DNA from: Candidatus Sumerlaeaceae bacterium
GTDB taxonomy: Bacteria; Sumerlaeota; Sumerlaeia; Sumerlaeales; Sumerlaeaceae
Assembly: GCA_049968255.1 (NCBI GenBank)
Contig: JBMFRB010000010.1
Location: forward strand, 8,077-49,896
DNA length: 41,820 bases
Reading direction: 5' to 3'
Shown: piece after piece, positions 27,129-38,318 of the stretch
How the letters are laid out: the number at the start of each line of letters is the position of its first letter
How positions within the stretch are numbered: position 1 is the stretch's first letter
Made by a program: the position numbers and the translations under genes
Notes under the pieces: model-generated
Database searches by the model: none
The model's input: only the letters and a program-made list of their open reading frames with translations
Told to the model about the DNA's origin: nothing

Positions 27129-27764
27129 ATGAATCCACCTGCCAAAACAGACCGTACCACCGTCAAACTGATCGCTGCCGTGCTGCTCATTTTGGGCGGC
27201 GTGGGCTGGACCTTTTACAACGTGAACAAAGTGCGGCCGGGCGCCGTGGCCAATAACGGCGTGACGGATGATTTTCGTCCGCCTTCGCCCGAGGAAATGG
27301 ATAAAATGCGGCGCGAGATGTTTGCTTACGCGAACATCACACCGGAGCAGGAACGCCAACTCGAGGATCTCTGGCAAAAAATCCGGGCGGAGCAGGAAAA
27401 GCGACGTGCGGAAACAACGGGACCACAGCGCATGAGACCTGGCGGGCCTCCGGGCATGGGACCGGGCATGATGATGGGGCGCAACCTTCGCCCGGAACTG
27501 CAGGCTGAGCTCGACAAAATTCTGACGAAGGATCAGCAGGACAAGATGCGTGAATTCGCGCGCCAACGTTTCCAGCAGGAGCGGGCCAAGCGCGATGCAA
27601 AAATCAAGGCTGCGCTCGGTGAGGCCGAGTATCAGCGCTATCAGGAGAAGCGGCGCGAGCGCTTTGCTGGCCGTGGAGGAGGCCGCGGAGGGGGGCGAGC
27701 GCCAGGCCAACAGGGGCCAACGGGTCAGCAGCAGAATCCATCGAACCCAGGAGGAGCACGCTGA
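27129..27764 (+). CDS. Membrane-anchored helical protein, Spy/CpxP (LTxxQ)-like
   Basis: AGGAG RBS; N-terminal TM helix; ITPEQ and ILTKDQQ motifs; Gly/Pro/Met-rich segments. Confidence 0.6.
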   Translation: MNPPAKTDRTTVKLIAAVLLILGGVGWTFYNVNKVRPGAVANNGVTDDFRPPSPEEMDKMRREMFAYANITPEQERQLEDLWQKIRAEQEKRRAETTGPQRMRPGGPPGMGPGMMMGRNLRPELQAELDKILTKDQQDKMREFARQRFQQERAKRDAKIKAALGEAEYQRYQEKRRERFAGRGGGRGGGRAPGQQGPTGQQQNPSNPGGAR

Positions 27765-28396
27765 TGTGTGAGCAGAACAAAAGGCAGGCGAATCGGGCGT
27801 TCACTCTCATCGAACTTCTGATCGTGGTAGGCATCATTGCCATACTCTCGGCCATTGCGCTGCCGAATTTCCTCGAGGCGCAGGTGCGGGCGAAAGTCTC
27901 GCGCGCTAAGTCCGATATGCGCTCACTGGCGACCGCGCTCGAGCAATACCACGTGGATTGGGGATCGTATCCCGACATCTTCACACGGTTCAACGTGCTG
28001 TCGACGCCTGTGCAATATATCTCGAGTGTGCCGCGCGACGTCTTCCGTGTCCAGCAGGCCAGTGGTGGGCCGCCGTGGCGCCAAGGTTGGTATCGCTACG
28101 GGGCCATGCCGATCGACTCGCCGTCGCGGTGGGCTCTGGCCAGCGTGGGGCCGGACACCGATATCGACACTTATTCGAGCGCAAACCCGGGCGGTGCCGC
28201 CGACAATGAGGATACCTCGAACTGGGAGCCCGACAACCAGGCGCTGCGGTTCTATCCGGGCTATTCGCATGCGCTTTTCTCCGATTCCGGAGCGGTCGTC
28301 AACGCCACGACTTTCAAATATATCATGTACGACCCAACGAACGGCACCGTATCCAATGGCGACATCTTCCGCCTCAGCGATCATCAGCTGCCGTGA
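27764..28396 (+). CDS. Prepilin-type N-terminal cleavage/methylation protein (GspG-like pseudopilin)
   Basis: RA|FTLIELLIVVGIIAILSAIALPNF (E at +5), ALEQYHVDWGSYP, WALASVGPD. TGATG overlap with the upstream gene. Confidence 0.88.
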   Translation: MCEQNKRQANRAFTLIELLIVVGIIAILSAIALPNFLEAQVRAKVSRAKSDMRSLATALEQYHVDWGSYPDIFTRFNVLSTPVQYISSVPRDVFRVQQASGGPPWRQGWYRYGAMPIDSPSRWALASVGPDTDIDTYSSANPGGAADNEDTSNWEPDNQALRFYPGYSHALFSDSGAVVNATTFKYIMYDPTNGTVSNGDIFRLSDHQLP

Positions 28397-28879
28397 TTGC
28401 CTCGAAGCCGGCTGATGGTGCAGGAAAGCTTCATCGGGGGGCAGTGAGGGAGGCACAGGAGTTGCATTGTGTCGTCTTCCGAGTGCGGGTGGAAGAGACA
28501 GTGCCATAACAACGCGGGGTCGAAGAAGGATAGGGTGGACGCTACGCCGAATGCCGTGGAGCGAAACTCAGGCGATGATCATGTGAGCCAAGGTTAGGCC
28601 TGGGGATTTCGTTCCTTGGCATATGAGTGGTTGGTGGATGGTCGTTTCGCCCCAAAGGAGGAGAAGAGATTTGGCGATCGTTTTCAAGGGCATGCTCCGA
28701 AGAGTTTTTGGCCGCTGGCGTGCTCAGGGAGCCGTTTTTCTTGCCTCGAGTCTCTGTGTGGAGCTCAGAGACAGAGGGGTTGAATGTTTCTCACAACACG
28801 AAGGAACGTGAGGGACCCAGCAAAAGGCAAACGCTATTTTCGCGATCTCAGAGGCGAGCAATGCCAAATCCACTCGTCT

Positions 28880-29788
28880 TTATTTCCGCCGCAAGTAGAG
28901 ACTTCCTCCAGGATTGCGTAGGCAGAGAGGCATGAGGGTTTCGAGATCGGAGCGGAAAAAATGCGCAACGTAAGTGTTGAAGAAGACCACCTCCCATAGA
29001 GCGTTGGCATAAAGAAACGCCCGCAGGAAATAGTCTTCGTTCCAATAGCGCCCTTCGCGTAGCCAGTGGGCGGGATACTCGAAAGGATAAAACACGTCGT
29101 GGAAATGCACAAACACTCCGCTGGGCAGGGCGGGTAAGATTTCGAAGAGGAGGCGCTGCACGTCGCTACCGCATTTGAGTACGTGACTGGAGTCGATGAA
29201 AAGTAAATCCCCGCCATCAAGCTGCCGGAAGACTTCGAGGGGAGTGGCCTGAAGGGGCTGGCGGAGGATGGTGACGCGGCTGCGATCGGTCTGGCGCAGG
29301 AGGTGCTCGAGGCGTTGCTCAGGAAAGGGTTCGATGAAGATAAACTGAGGCGGCGGATCAAGGAAGCGTTCGGCAGTGTCGAGCATCAGCGCAGAGGAGA
29401 AACCGGAGCCCACTTCGACAACGCGGCGGGGGTGGAAGTGGCGGAGAAACGAGTAGAGGAAGATGGCGTCGGCATAGGAAAAAAAGTCGTTCTCGTAGTA
29501 GTAGCGAAAGTCTGCGGCCGGTTGTTCTGGGAAGGGGAGTTCGCTAGCGTAGGCTGCGTAGTCACGTAGCAGGGCGCGCTGGGCCTCGGGACGTAGGTCA
29601 ATCCCCTCGAGCTGAGCTGGGGGCTCGGCGGGTTGCGATTGCAGGTAGCGTTCGATATCCACGCGTGAGGGGATGGGAGAATAGAAGTGACCAGGAGGCC
29701 ACACACCCCAGGGGAAGTAGCGCCCCTGTGCGCGATAGTAGAGTTTGCGCAACGGACGTTTCAAGGCCTCCGGAAACGGCAGTTTCAT
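28880..29788 (-). CDS. Class I SAM-dependent methyltransferase (Methyltransf_24-like, glycan-locus type)
   Basis: VVEVGSGFSS, LLFIDSSH, VHFHDVF, WNEDY. Confidence 0.85.
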   Translation of the reverse strand: MKLPFPEALKRPLRKLYYRAQGRYFPWGVWPPGHFYSPIPSRVDIERYLQSQPAEPPAQLEGIDLRPEAQRALLRDYAAYASELPFPEQPAADFRYYYENDFFSYADAIFLYSFLRHFHPRRVVEVGSGFSSALMLDTAERFLDPPPQFIFIEPFPEQRLEHLLRQTDRSRVTILRQPLQATPLEVFRQLDGGDLLFIDSSHVLKCGSDVQRLLFEILPALPSGVFVHFHDVFYPFEYPAHWLREGRYWNEDYFLRAFLYANALWEVVFFNTYVAHFFRSDLETLMPLCLRNPGGSLYLRRK

Positions 29789-29969
29789 GGCATTCTATCC
29801 TTGCTAAACGGATTCCGTCTCCTCAAGCAATCGTCGGCATGCCGCTTTCTTGGCGATTACCAACCTTCTTCCCCAATGGGAGCTCCCCTCATAGCGAAAG
29901 GGAGATACCCGGGGCATGGGTCCCTGAGCAAGCGGTTGCCGCCGTGCTATTCGTCATTCAATTCACATT

Positions 29970-32693
29970 TCATTGGGGCATTGTGGCAACGGGTCGTGAG
30001 CCGGCGACCTTGTTCGCCGGGATGGTGATCTTGCTGCCGTTGGGGAGTTGGATGCGCCACGTGGCGCCACGTTCGATCACTTGGCCGACGAACTGGTTGC
30101 CGTTTTTTAAAATGATGAGCTCGGCTCCCGAAGCAAGCCCAGCCCCCGCCGATGCGGAAGATGTTTGCGGCGCAACGGCGTAGTTGCGCGGCCCTAACAC
30201 GGGCGTGCTTTTGATGAAAGGCGATTCGTTGGTGTTCGAGCGATCAATGTGGCGCGGCGTGGGCATAAGCGCCATCACGTCCACCGGGGCGGGCGTCGGG
30301 GTGGCGGACACGGGCGTGAGCACGCTTGGCGCGACGAAGGTCGGCACGGGTGCGGGGGTGCTCACGGCCGCTGGACCCAAATTGGTTTCGCCCGTACTAC
30401 CTGGAATTGTAATGCTCCCACGTGTTTCCTCCGTAGGGATGCCCATGCGCGCAAATTTCTCCGCCAGGTCAGGTGCTGAAGGTGCGGCAGGCGCGCTGGC
30501 GGGGGCTTGAGCCTCGGAGGGCTGGAGTGCAGGCGGCTGGCCTAATGGAGTCGGCGCACTGAGCTGCGGAGCGGCTGCTGAGGGCTGGGTCACGGGCAGT
30601 TCTTGCATCGGTTGTGCTGTTGGTGCCCCTAGCAGTGGAAGGGGAGGCGGGGCAGCTTCGCCCGCCACGGTTGTGGAAGCCGTTGGCGCCGGGATTCCTG
30701 GGGGAGCAGGCGCTGTGGCCGGTGCCGTTTGAGCTGCGCCTGTCGGCGACAGAGTCGGCAAAGTTGGTGGCATCGCCGGAACGGCGGACGATGGTGCCGA
30801 TTCCGCACTTTGACCTAGCACTGGCAGCGCTGGCGCTTGCGGCGCACCTTCGGAAATAGCCGGTGAGCCTGTCTGGCCTAACACAGGCAGGGTAGGCGGT
30901 TGGGCTTCTTGTGCCGAGGTGGGCGCTATTGCGGCTTGCTCCAGTGGTGGAAGCGAAGGGGCGGCCTTTGCAGCTTGCGAGACTGACGCGGATTCACCAG
31001 AAGCCGGCAATGTCGGTGCCGAGCTTGATGGTGCCGATGCAGCGGCGCCGAGCGGCGGGAGGGATGTTCTGCTTGCGGCAGCTTCTGCCGCGCTCTTTAG
31101 GGGCGGTAAACTCGTTTGTGCCGTAGCCGATGGGGGCATAGCAGGCGGTGCGTTCGACGAGGCTGCGCTTTCGAGGCTAGGGATCTGTTGGGCTGTCGTG
31201 ACCTGAGCTGCTCCCAAGGAGGGCAAGTCTGTTTTTGAGCCTGCCGCGGTTTGGGCCGCCGAGAGAGGAGGAGGCGTCGAAGCTGAGGCTGCGGCAGTCT
31301 GGGCCGCGCTGGCTCCGCCCAGGACAGCGGCAATTTGGTTGAGTCGCACGAGTGCCGTTGCGTGATCCCTGGTCAGCGGCTTGGCCAAGGCATCGACGAG
31401 TTTTGCGGCACGGCGCTCGACATTGTCCTTGTGAAGAACCGCTTTGATGACCGAGAAGGCTGTTTCAGGCGTCTCAGGGGGAGCAGCCGGGGAGTGATAG
31501 CTGTAGAGCCCTACGCCGTCAGCACGCGGATCGAAGATCGGCAGAAGCATCATCGCAGCAGTGAGCCTTGAATTGTTCAGCCATCCGCCAACCACAACCG
31601 TGACTTTAGCTTTTCCTTTGTTAGCGAGGGCGAAATTCATCCACCCTTCGAAATCGCCAGCGCGTGTTTCCGCAGCCTTATAATCCGTAAGGGCGACGCT
31701 GTCGACGATGCCTTGCTCGGCCCAACCTTGCCAATCGCAGAGGGCAAAGGCGCCGGGTGTGCTCTTGCTGATGAATTCTTCGCGATTGCGCGGGGGGGCG
31801 CCGTAGGTGATGGCGGTGGCAGAAAACTCAACATCGGCACGGGCTGCTTTGACGGCTTCGCGTGTTTTGCGCATGAGCTCGGTGAGTTGTTTTCTGCGCC
31901 ACTCGATCCACTGGGGGTCTTTGGGATTGGGTTTATTCGCTGCGCCGGTTTCGGCTTTGTAGCGTTGCAGAGCCTGCTCGTTGTAGCCGCAATTGAGCGA
32001 AACGTCGGGCAAGCGCACGCGTTCCATTTGGATGCCGTCCAAGGGATAGTTGCGGGCGATTTCCGCGGCGACAAGGGCGATGTGATCCTGCACGGCGACA
32101 ACGCCAGGATCGAGCCAGTATTCGTTTTTATTTTCGCCGACCTCCTCGGAACCGTCGCTGGTTTTTGTCAGCCAGTCGCGGTGCTCGGTGAGGATGTGTT
32201 TGTTGGGCAGCGGCTGATCTTTTGTGGCGACGCGGAGCGCCGAAATCAGTGCTTGGACTTTGATGCGTGGAAGGCCGTTGTGCGCTTCGTCGAGCAGTGT
32301 TTTGAGCGGATCGAGATCTTGCTTGAGATCGCTTGCACGCGGTACAACCTGCGACTGGTAGTAAGCGTCGCCGTAGCTGCGTACCTGAGCAACGATCGTA
32401 TCAAAACCAAGGTCGCGGCAGTCCTGCACAAGCTTTCGGATGGAGGCAGCAGACTTCAGGGTCGGGCCAATGGCGTCAACGAAGATGGCTTTCGAAAAGT
32501 CGGGACGTTCGAGATTGGACTTCGGTATAGCCATGGGTTTTCCGCTGGCATCCAAAGGCAGGGGTGGCGGAAGCATATCCACGACGCTGGTGGTTTGTGT
32601 CTGTTGCGCTGCCAGTGGTGCGGCCAGCGCAAGAAGTCCCCACGCGAGGTTGGAAAGAAGCGTTCGTATCTTCAAGTTGCGACTCCCTCTCAT
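29970..32693 (-). CDS. Secreted GHL10 (DUF187/YddW-like) glycoside hydrolase-like protein with a long Pro/Ala/Ser/Thr linker and a small C-terminal beta domain
   Basis: Signal peptide ending PLAA|Q; GFDTIVAQVRSYGDAYY, DPLKTLLDEAH, YWLDPG, NYPLDGI, WIEWRR, DWQGW. Start uncertain (32693, 32729 or 32804). Confidence 0.8.
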   Translation of the reverse strand: MRGSRNLKIRTLLSNLAWGLLALAAPLAAQQTQTTSVVDMLPPPLPLDASGKPMAIPKSNLERPDFSKAIFVDAIGPTLKSAASIRKLVQDCRDLGFDTIVAQVRSYGDAYYQSQVVPRASDLKQDLDPLKTLLDEAHNGLPRIKVQALISALRVATKDQPLPNKHILTEHRDWLTKTSDGSEEVGENKNEYWLDPGVVAVQDHIALVAAEIARNYPLDGIQMERVRLPDVSLNCGYNEQALQRYKAETGAANKPNPKDPQWIEWRRKQLTELMRKTREAVKAARADVEFSATAITYGAPPRNREEFISKSTPGAFALCDWQGWAEQGIVDSVALTDYKAAETRAGDFEGWMNFALANKGKAKVTVVVGGWLNNSRLTAAMMLLPIFDPRADGVGLYSYHSPAAPPETPETAFSVIKAVLHKDNVERRAAKLVDALAKPLTRDHATALVRLNQIAAVLGGASAAQTAAASASTPPPLSAAQTAAGSKTDLPSLGAAQVTTAQQIPSLESAASSNAPPAMPPSATAQTSLPPLKSAAEAAASRTSLPPLGAAASAPSSSAPTLPASGESASVSQAAKAAPSLPPLEQAAIAPTSAQEAQPPTLPVLGQTGSPAISEGAPQAPALPVLGQSAESAPSSAVPAMPPTLPTLSPTGAAQTAPATAPAPPGIPAPTASTTVAGEAAPPPLPLLGAPTAQPMQELPVTQPSAAAPQLSAPTPLGQPPALQPSEAQAPASAPAAPSAPDLAEKFARMGIPTEETRGSITIPGSTGETNLGPAAVSTPAPVPTFVAPSVLTPVSATPTPAPVDVMALMPTPRHIDRSNTNESPFIKSTPVLGPRNYAVAPQTSSASAGAGLASGAELIILKNGNQFVGQVIERGATWRIQLPNGSKITIPANKVAGSRPVATMPQ

Positions 32694-33305
32694 TCGAAAA
32701 AATCCGCTAGGGCGATCCCTGTCAGTCATCGGCAAAATCGCTCTACGGGTGCGACGCAAGCGCATTCCGCAGTTCGCCGGATTATTCAATTCGGATGGCC
32801 GCACGTCATGATATCCGGCGTGTGGTGCCGGTGGCTTGCGCCTCCACTCTAGTCTTTAGACAACGTTTGCCGGGGGTAAGCACGCACTTGCAATAAGGAA
32901 AAGCACGAGCAAGTGTTTCGAATCGGCAGCACGTTGGCTGCCCGGTGGTGCGGCTTGCTCTGTGGGACGACAAGCGCGGCCAGGCGGCCGAGAATGGCGA
33001 CCACCGATGTTCTTTCGCGTGCCGATGTCGCGCTCAGAAGCGACGCTGGTCTGCAGAGAAGCAATGCGGTCATCCAGCATCGAGATCGTGAACGTGGGCG
33101 AAGCCCGTGGCCTCATGCCCAAAGGGAAGCCCTCGGCGCTGGGCACCCCGCTTCGCTCGCCCACGGCCAAGCGACGAGCCAGAAGATCGCCGAAGTCGCT
33201 TTTGCACACGGTTCGAGGGCTATTTTCATGCCTTGACTTTGGACGATGAGTCTGTTGTATTGTTTTCCCTTGCGCGGCAATTATGGACCACTACGCTCGT
33301 AACAG

Positions 33306-34706
33306 GTGGCAGTGAAGCGGCTCGACAAAGGTTCAGTGGTGACGGGTATTCTCGTTGCGTCGGACGTGCTGGCGTTCTGCGCGATCTGGTTCGCGATGTA
33401 TTACTTGCGCGACTATCTTGCTGAAAGGGGAATTTTCCGCCGTCCCATCAACCCCGTGCGCAACTATGCGCTGGCTCTGCAGATCTACCTGCCGCTGTGG
33501 GTGATGTGTGCGTGGTATTACGGAAATTTTGACCATCGTGAAAAATTAACGGGTCTCAACCAACTTTCGCGCATTCTGAAAACATTCATTGCGGGCCTCA
33601 TTGGTTCACTGGCATTCGCTTACCTCTTTAAGCAGTGGGACATTGGGCGGTTCGTGCTTCTGGGGACGTCGTTTTTCTATTTCTGGTGGCTTTACCTTTC
33701 GCGCTCGTTGCTCAAGGCATGGAAGCAATCGCAGGTGCTGCGGGGCGTGGGGCTGATCGATGTTTTGGTCATTGGGGTGGGGCGCACGGCGCGCCGCGTG
33801 ATGGACCGTATTGTCAATCACCCGGAAGGTGGTTATCGGCTCGTAGGTTTTGTTGATCCGAATCCTCGCCGACCGCGCCGCGCCATCAACGGTTTTCCCG
33901 TGCTCGGTTCCACGCGCGAACTGGTGCGCATCCTGCGCGAGCATCCGGTGCAGCAGGTCTTTTTGGCTGTGCCCAAAATGCCGCAGAACGAGATGATGAA
34001 TCTGATCGTGCAGTGTGAAGACATGGGGGTGCAGTTCAAAATTGTGACGAACCTCTTCGAGGTGATCACGTCGCAGGTACGCATTGACGTGATCGACGAA
34101 GTCCCAGTGATTCATTTACGAAACACGGAACTGCCTTTCGTGCAATCGGTGCTCAAGCGAGTGCTCGATATCGTGGTGGCGAGTGTTCTGCTGGTTGTTT
34201 TCGCGCCGGTCATGATTGGCATCGCCATCGCCATTCGTCTCGATTCGAAAGGCCCCGCTCTGTTCAAGCAGGTACGCGTGGGGCGCCATGGCAAGCTTTT
34301 TGAGATGTATAAATTCCGCACCATGTACGTGGAGGCAGATCCTTACGCGCCGGCTCCTACTGATCCTAACGATTCACGCATCACCCGCATAGGGCGGTGG
34401 TTGCGGCGTTACAGTTTGGATGAATTCCCCCAGCTGATCAACGTCCTCAAAGGCGAGATGAGCATGGTTGGCCCTCGGCCTGAGATGCCGTTCCTCGTCG
34501 AGCAGTACGAGGAATGGCAGCGGCGGCGCCTCGACGTAAAGCCGGGGGTGACGGGGCTTTGGCAGATCGTGGGACGCAAGAATCTCCCGCTGGCCTTTAA
34601 CTTGGAATATGATTTCTATTATATCAAGAATCAGAGCCTGTTTTTCGACATTGTTATCTTGCTAAAAACAATTCCCGCAGTGATTTTCGGCAAAGGAGCA
34701 TTCTGA
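33306..34706 (+). CDS. Polyprenyl-phosphate glycosylphosphotransferase (WcaJ/WbaP family)
   Basis: Four N-terminal TMs, Rossmann-like VLVIGVG, KRVLDI, KFRTM, SLDEFPQL, GEMSMVGPRPE, KPGVTGLWQ. Confidence 0.93.
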   Translation: MAVKRLDKGSVVTGILVASDVLAFCAIWFAMYYLRDYLAERGIFRRPINPVRNYALALQIYLPLWVMCAWYYGNFDHREKLTGLNQLSRILKTFIAGLIGSLAFAYLFKQWDIGRFVLLGTSFFYFWWLYLSRSLLKAWKQSQVLRGVGLIDVLVIGVGRTARRVMDRIVNHPEGGYRLVGFVDPNPRRPRRAINGFPVLGSTRELVRILREHPVQQVFLAVPKMPQNEMMNLIVQCEDMGVQFKIVTNLFEVITSQVRIDVIDEVPVIHLRNTELPFVQSVLKRVLDIVVASVLLVVFAPVMIGIAIAIRLDSKGPALFKQVRVGRHGKLFEMYKFRTMYVEADPYAPAPTDPNDSRITRIGRWLRRYSLDEFPQLINVLKGEMSMVGPRPEMPFLVEQYEEWQRRRLDVKPGVTGLWQIVGRKNLPLAFNLEYDFYYIKNQSLFFDIVILLKTIPAVIFGKGAF

Positions 34707-34707
34707 G

Positions 34708-35322
34708 GTGAACGTGCACGCGCAGCAGAGCGGCCGGCCCCTGAGGCGGGTCCGGCGCGGCGGGGGGGGCACGTCGCAGCGCGGTGCTGGCTTGCTCATG
34801 TTCATCTGGTTCTTGCTGATGGTCGTGAGTGTGGGACTGATGTACTACTATTATTTGAAGAGCGAACGGCTGGAGCGAGAGCTTCGGCTCCTGCGCGAAA
34901 AGCATGGAGTTTCGGCCAGTGGGGCAACGTCCTCGTCTTCGCCGGAGCTTGTTGTTGCCGACGGAGTGGCGCCCGAGACATTGGCCGTTGAGAGCACAGC
35001 ATCAGCGAGCAATGTGTCCTCGTCCACACCCCATGAGGAAAGGTCGGCACCAGGGGAGCACGAGCCACCGATAGCCACGCGGGCTGCGGCGGCATCGCCC
35101 ACTCCTGTCATGGCCTCAACTCCGCCCCCAACTCCCGAAGCAGTTGCAACTGCAACGCCACAAGTCAGACTAGAGGCCGGGAGTGAAGCGAGCGCGGCGG
35201 CCCACAGCACGCCGGCGGATGGGGGTGGGGCAGGAGCCACTCGCCCGAAGCCCCGGAGCTCGCCGCGCACGGGGCGAATCAACTCTGTCTATGACCTTCA
35301 GCAAAGTGGAACAAATCGCTAA
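34708..35322 (+). CDS. Hypothetical bitopic membrane protein with short coiled coil and low-complexity tail
   Basis: TM LLMFIWFLLMVVSVGLMYYYY, then LERELRLLRE and an S/A/P/T-rich region. Starts 1 nt after the transferase stop. Confidence 0.65.
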   Translation: MNVHAQQSGRPLRRVRRGGGGTSQRGAGLLMFIWFLLMVVSVGLMYYYYLKSERLERELRLLREKHGVSASGATSSSSPELVVADGVAPETLAVESTASASNVSSSTPHEERSAPGEHEPPIATRAAAASPTPVMASTPPPTPEAVATATPQVRLEAGSEASAAAHSTPADGGGAGATRPKPRSSPRTGRINSVYDLQQSGTNR

Positions 35323-35712
35323 GTGCGAACAACCAAACTGAAATTTGGATTTTCGTGCCTTTCGCTGAGCTTTGCACAAAGCCCGAAAGTCCTGCGTCGT
35401 GGGCTGGTTGCTTGAACCTCCGGCTCAGGTGTACCTCTCCCCTCCCCGCTCAGGCTTGTCGAAATACGGCGAAACGACAGTTGATCATAAGCGCGAGCTT
35501 TTTGCTTATGAGAATTGGAAAGGGAACGGATCAGACCATCTCTGACTTTCGGAGGCTCATAGGATGAGTGTAGAGATGGCACAGGCGTTGCTTGGTTTGG
35601 CCCAAGACCAAGAATAAGGCTGATTTTAGGCGGGGTTGGAGACCGAAAGTGCGTCAGAATAACCTCGCTGGCTTTAATCGGGTCGAAAATGACACGATAA
35701 GGGGGTTTCCTC

Positions 35713-38286
<2,574 letters not shown>

Positions 38287-38318
38287 CGCAATGACTCACG
38301 GAGGGTGCGGCCGACGCG

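Noticed and set aside
28540-28575. CGCCGAA...ACTCAGG, reminiscent of a glycine riboswitch
   Set aside because: The GGAGA element and P1 pairing are missing, and it lies between convergent genes rather than in a 5' leader.
28397-28879. 480-bp spacer between convergent genes with short ORFs and small hairpins
   Set aside because: No coherent ORF, repeat, tRNA or terminal inverted repeats recognised.
31713-32852. Long antisense ORFs (379 aa here; also 13255-14166, 15876-16796, 39774-40721 and others)
   Set aside because: They lie opposite well-supported genes, lack motifs, and are expected from codon bias in GC-rich DNA.
32856-33249. Several 95-117 aa ORFs on both strands in the GHL10/wcaJ spacer
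   Set aside because: Mutually overlapping, with no motif or convincing RBS.
33233-33263. TTGACT...TATTGT promoter-like pair upstream of the WcaJ-type gene
   Set aside because: 19-nt spacer and a weak -10; insufficient support.
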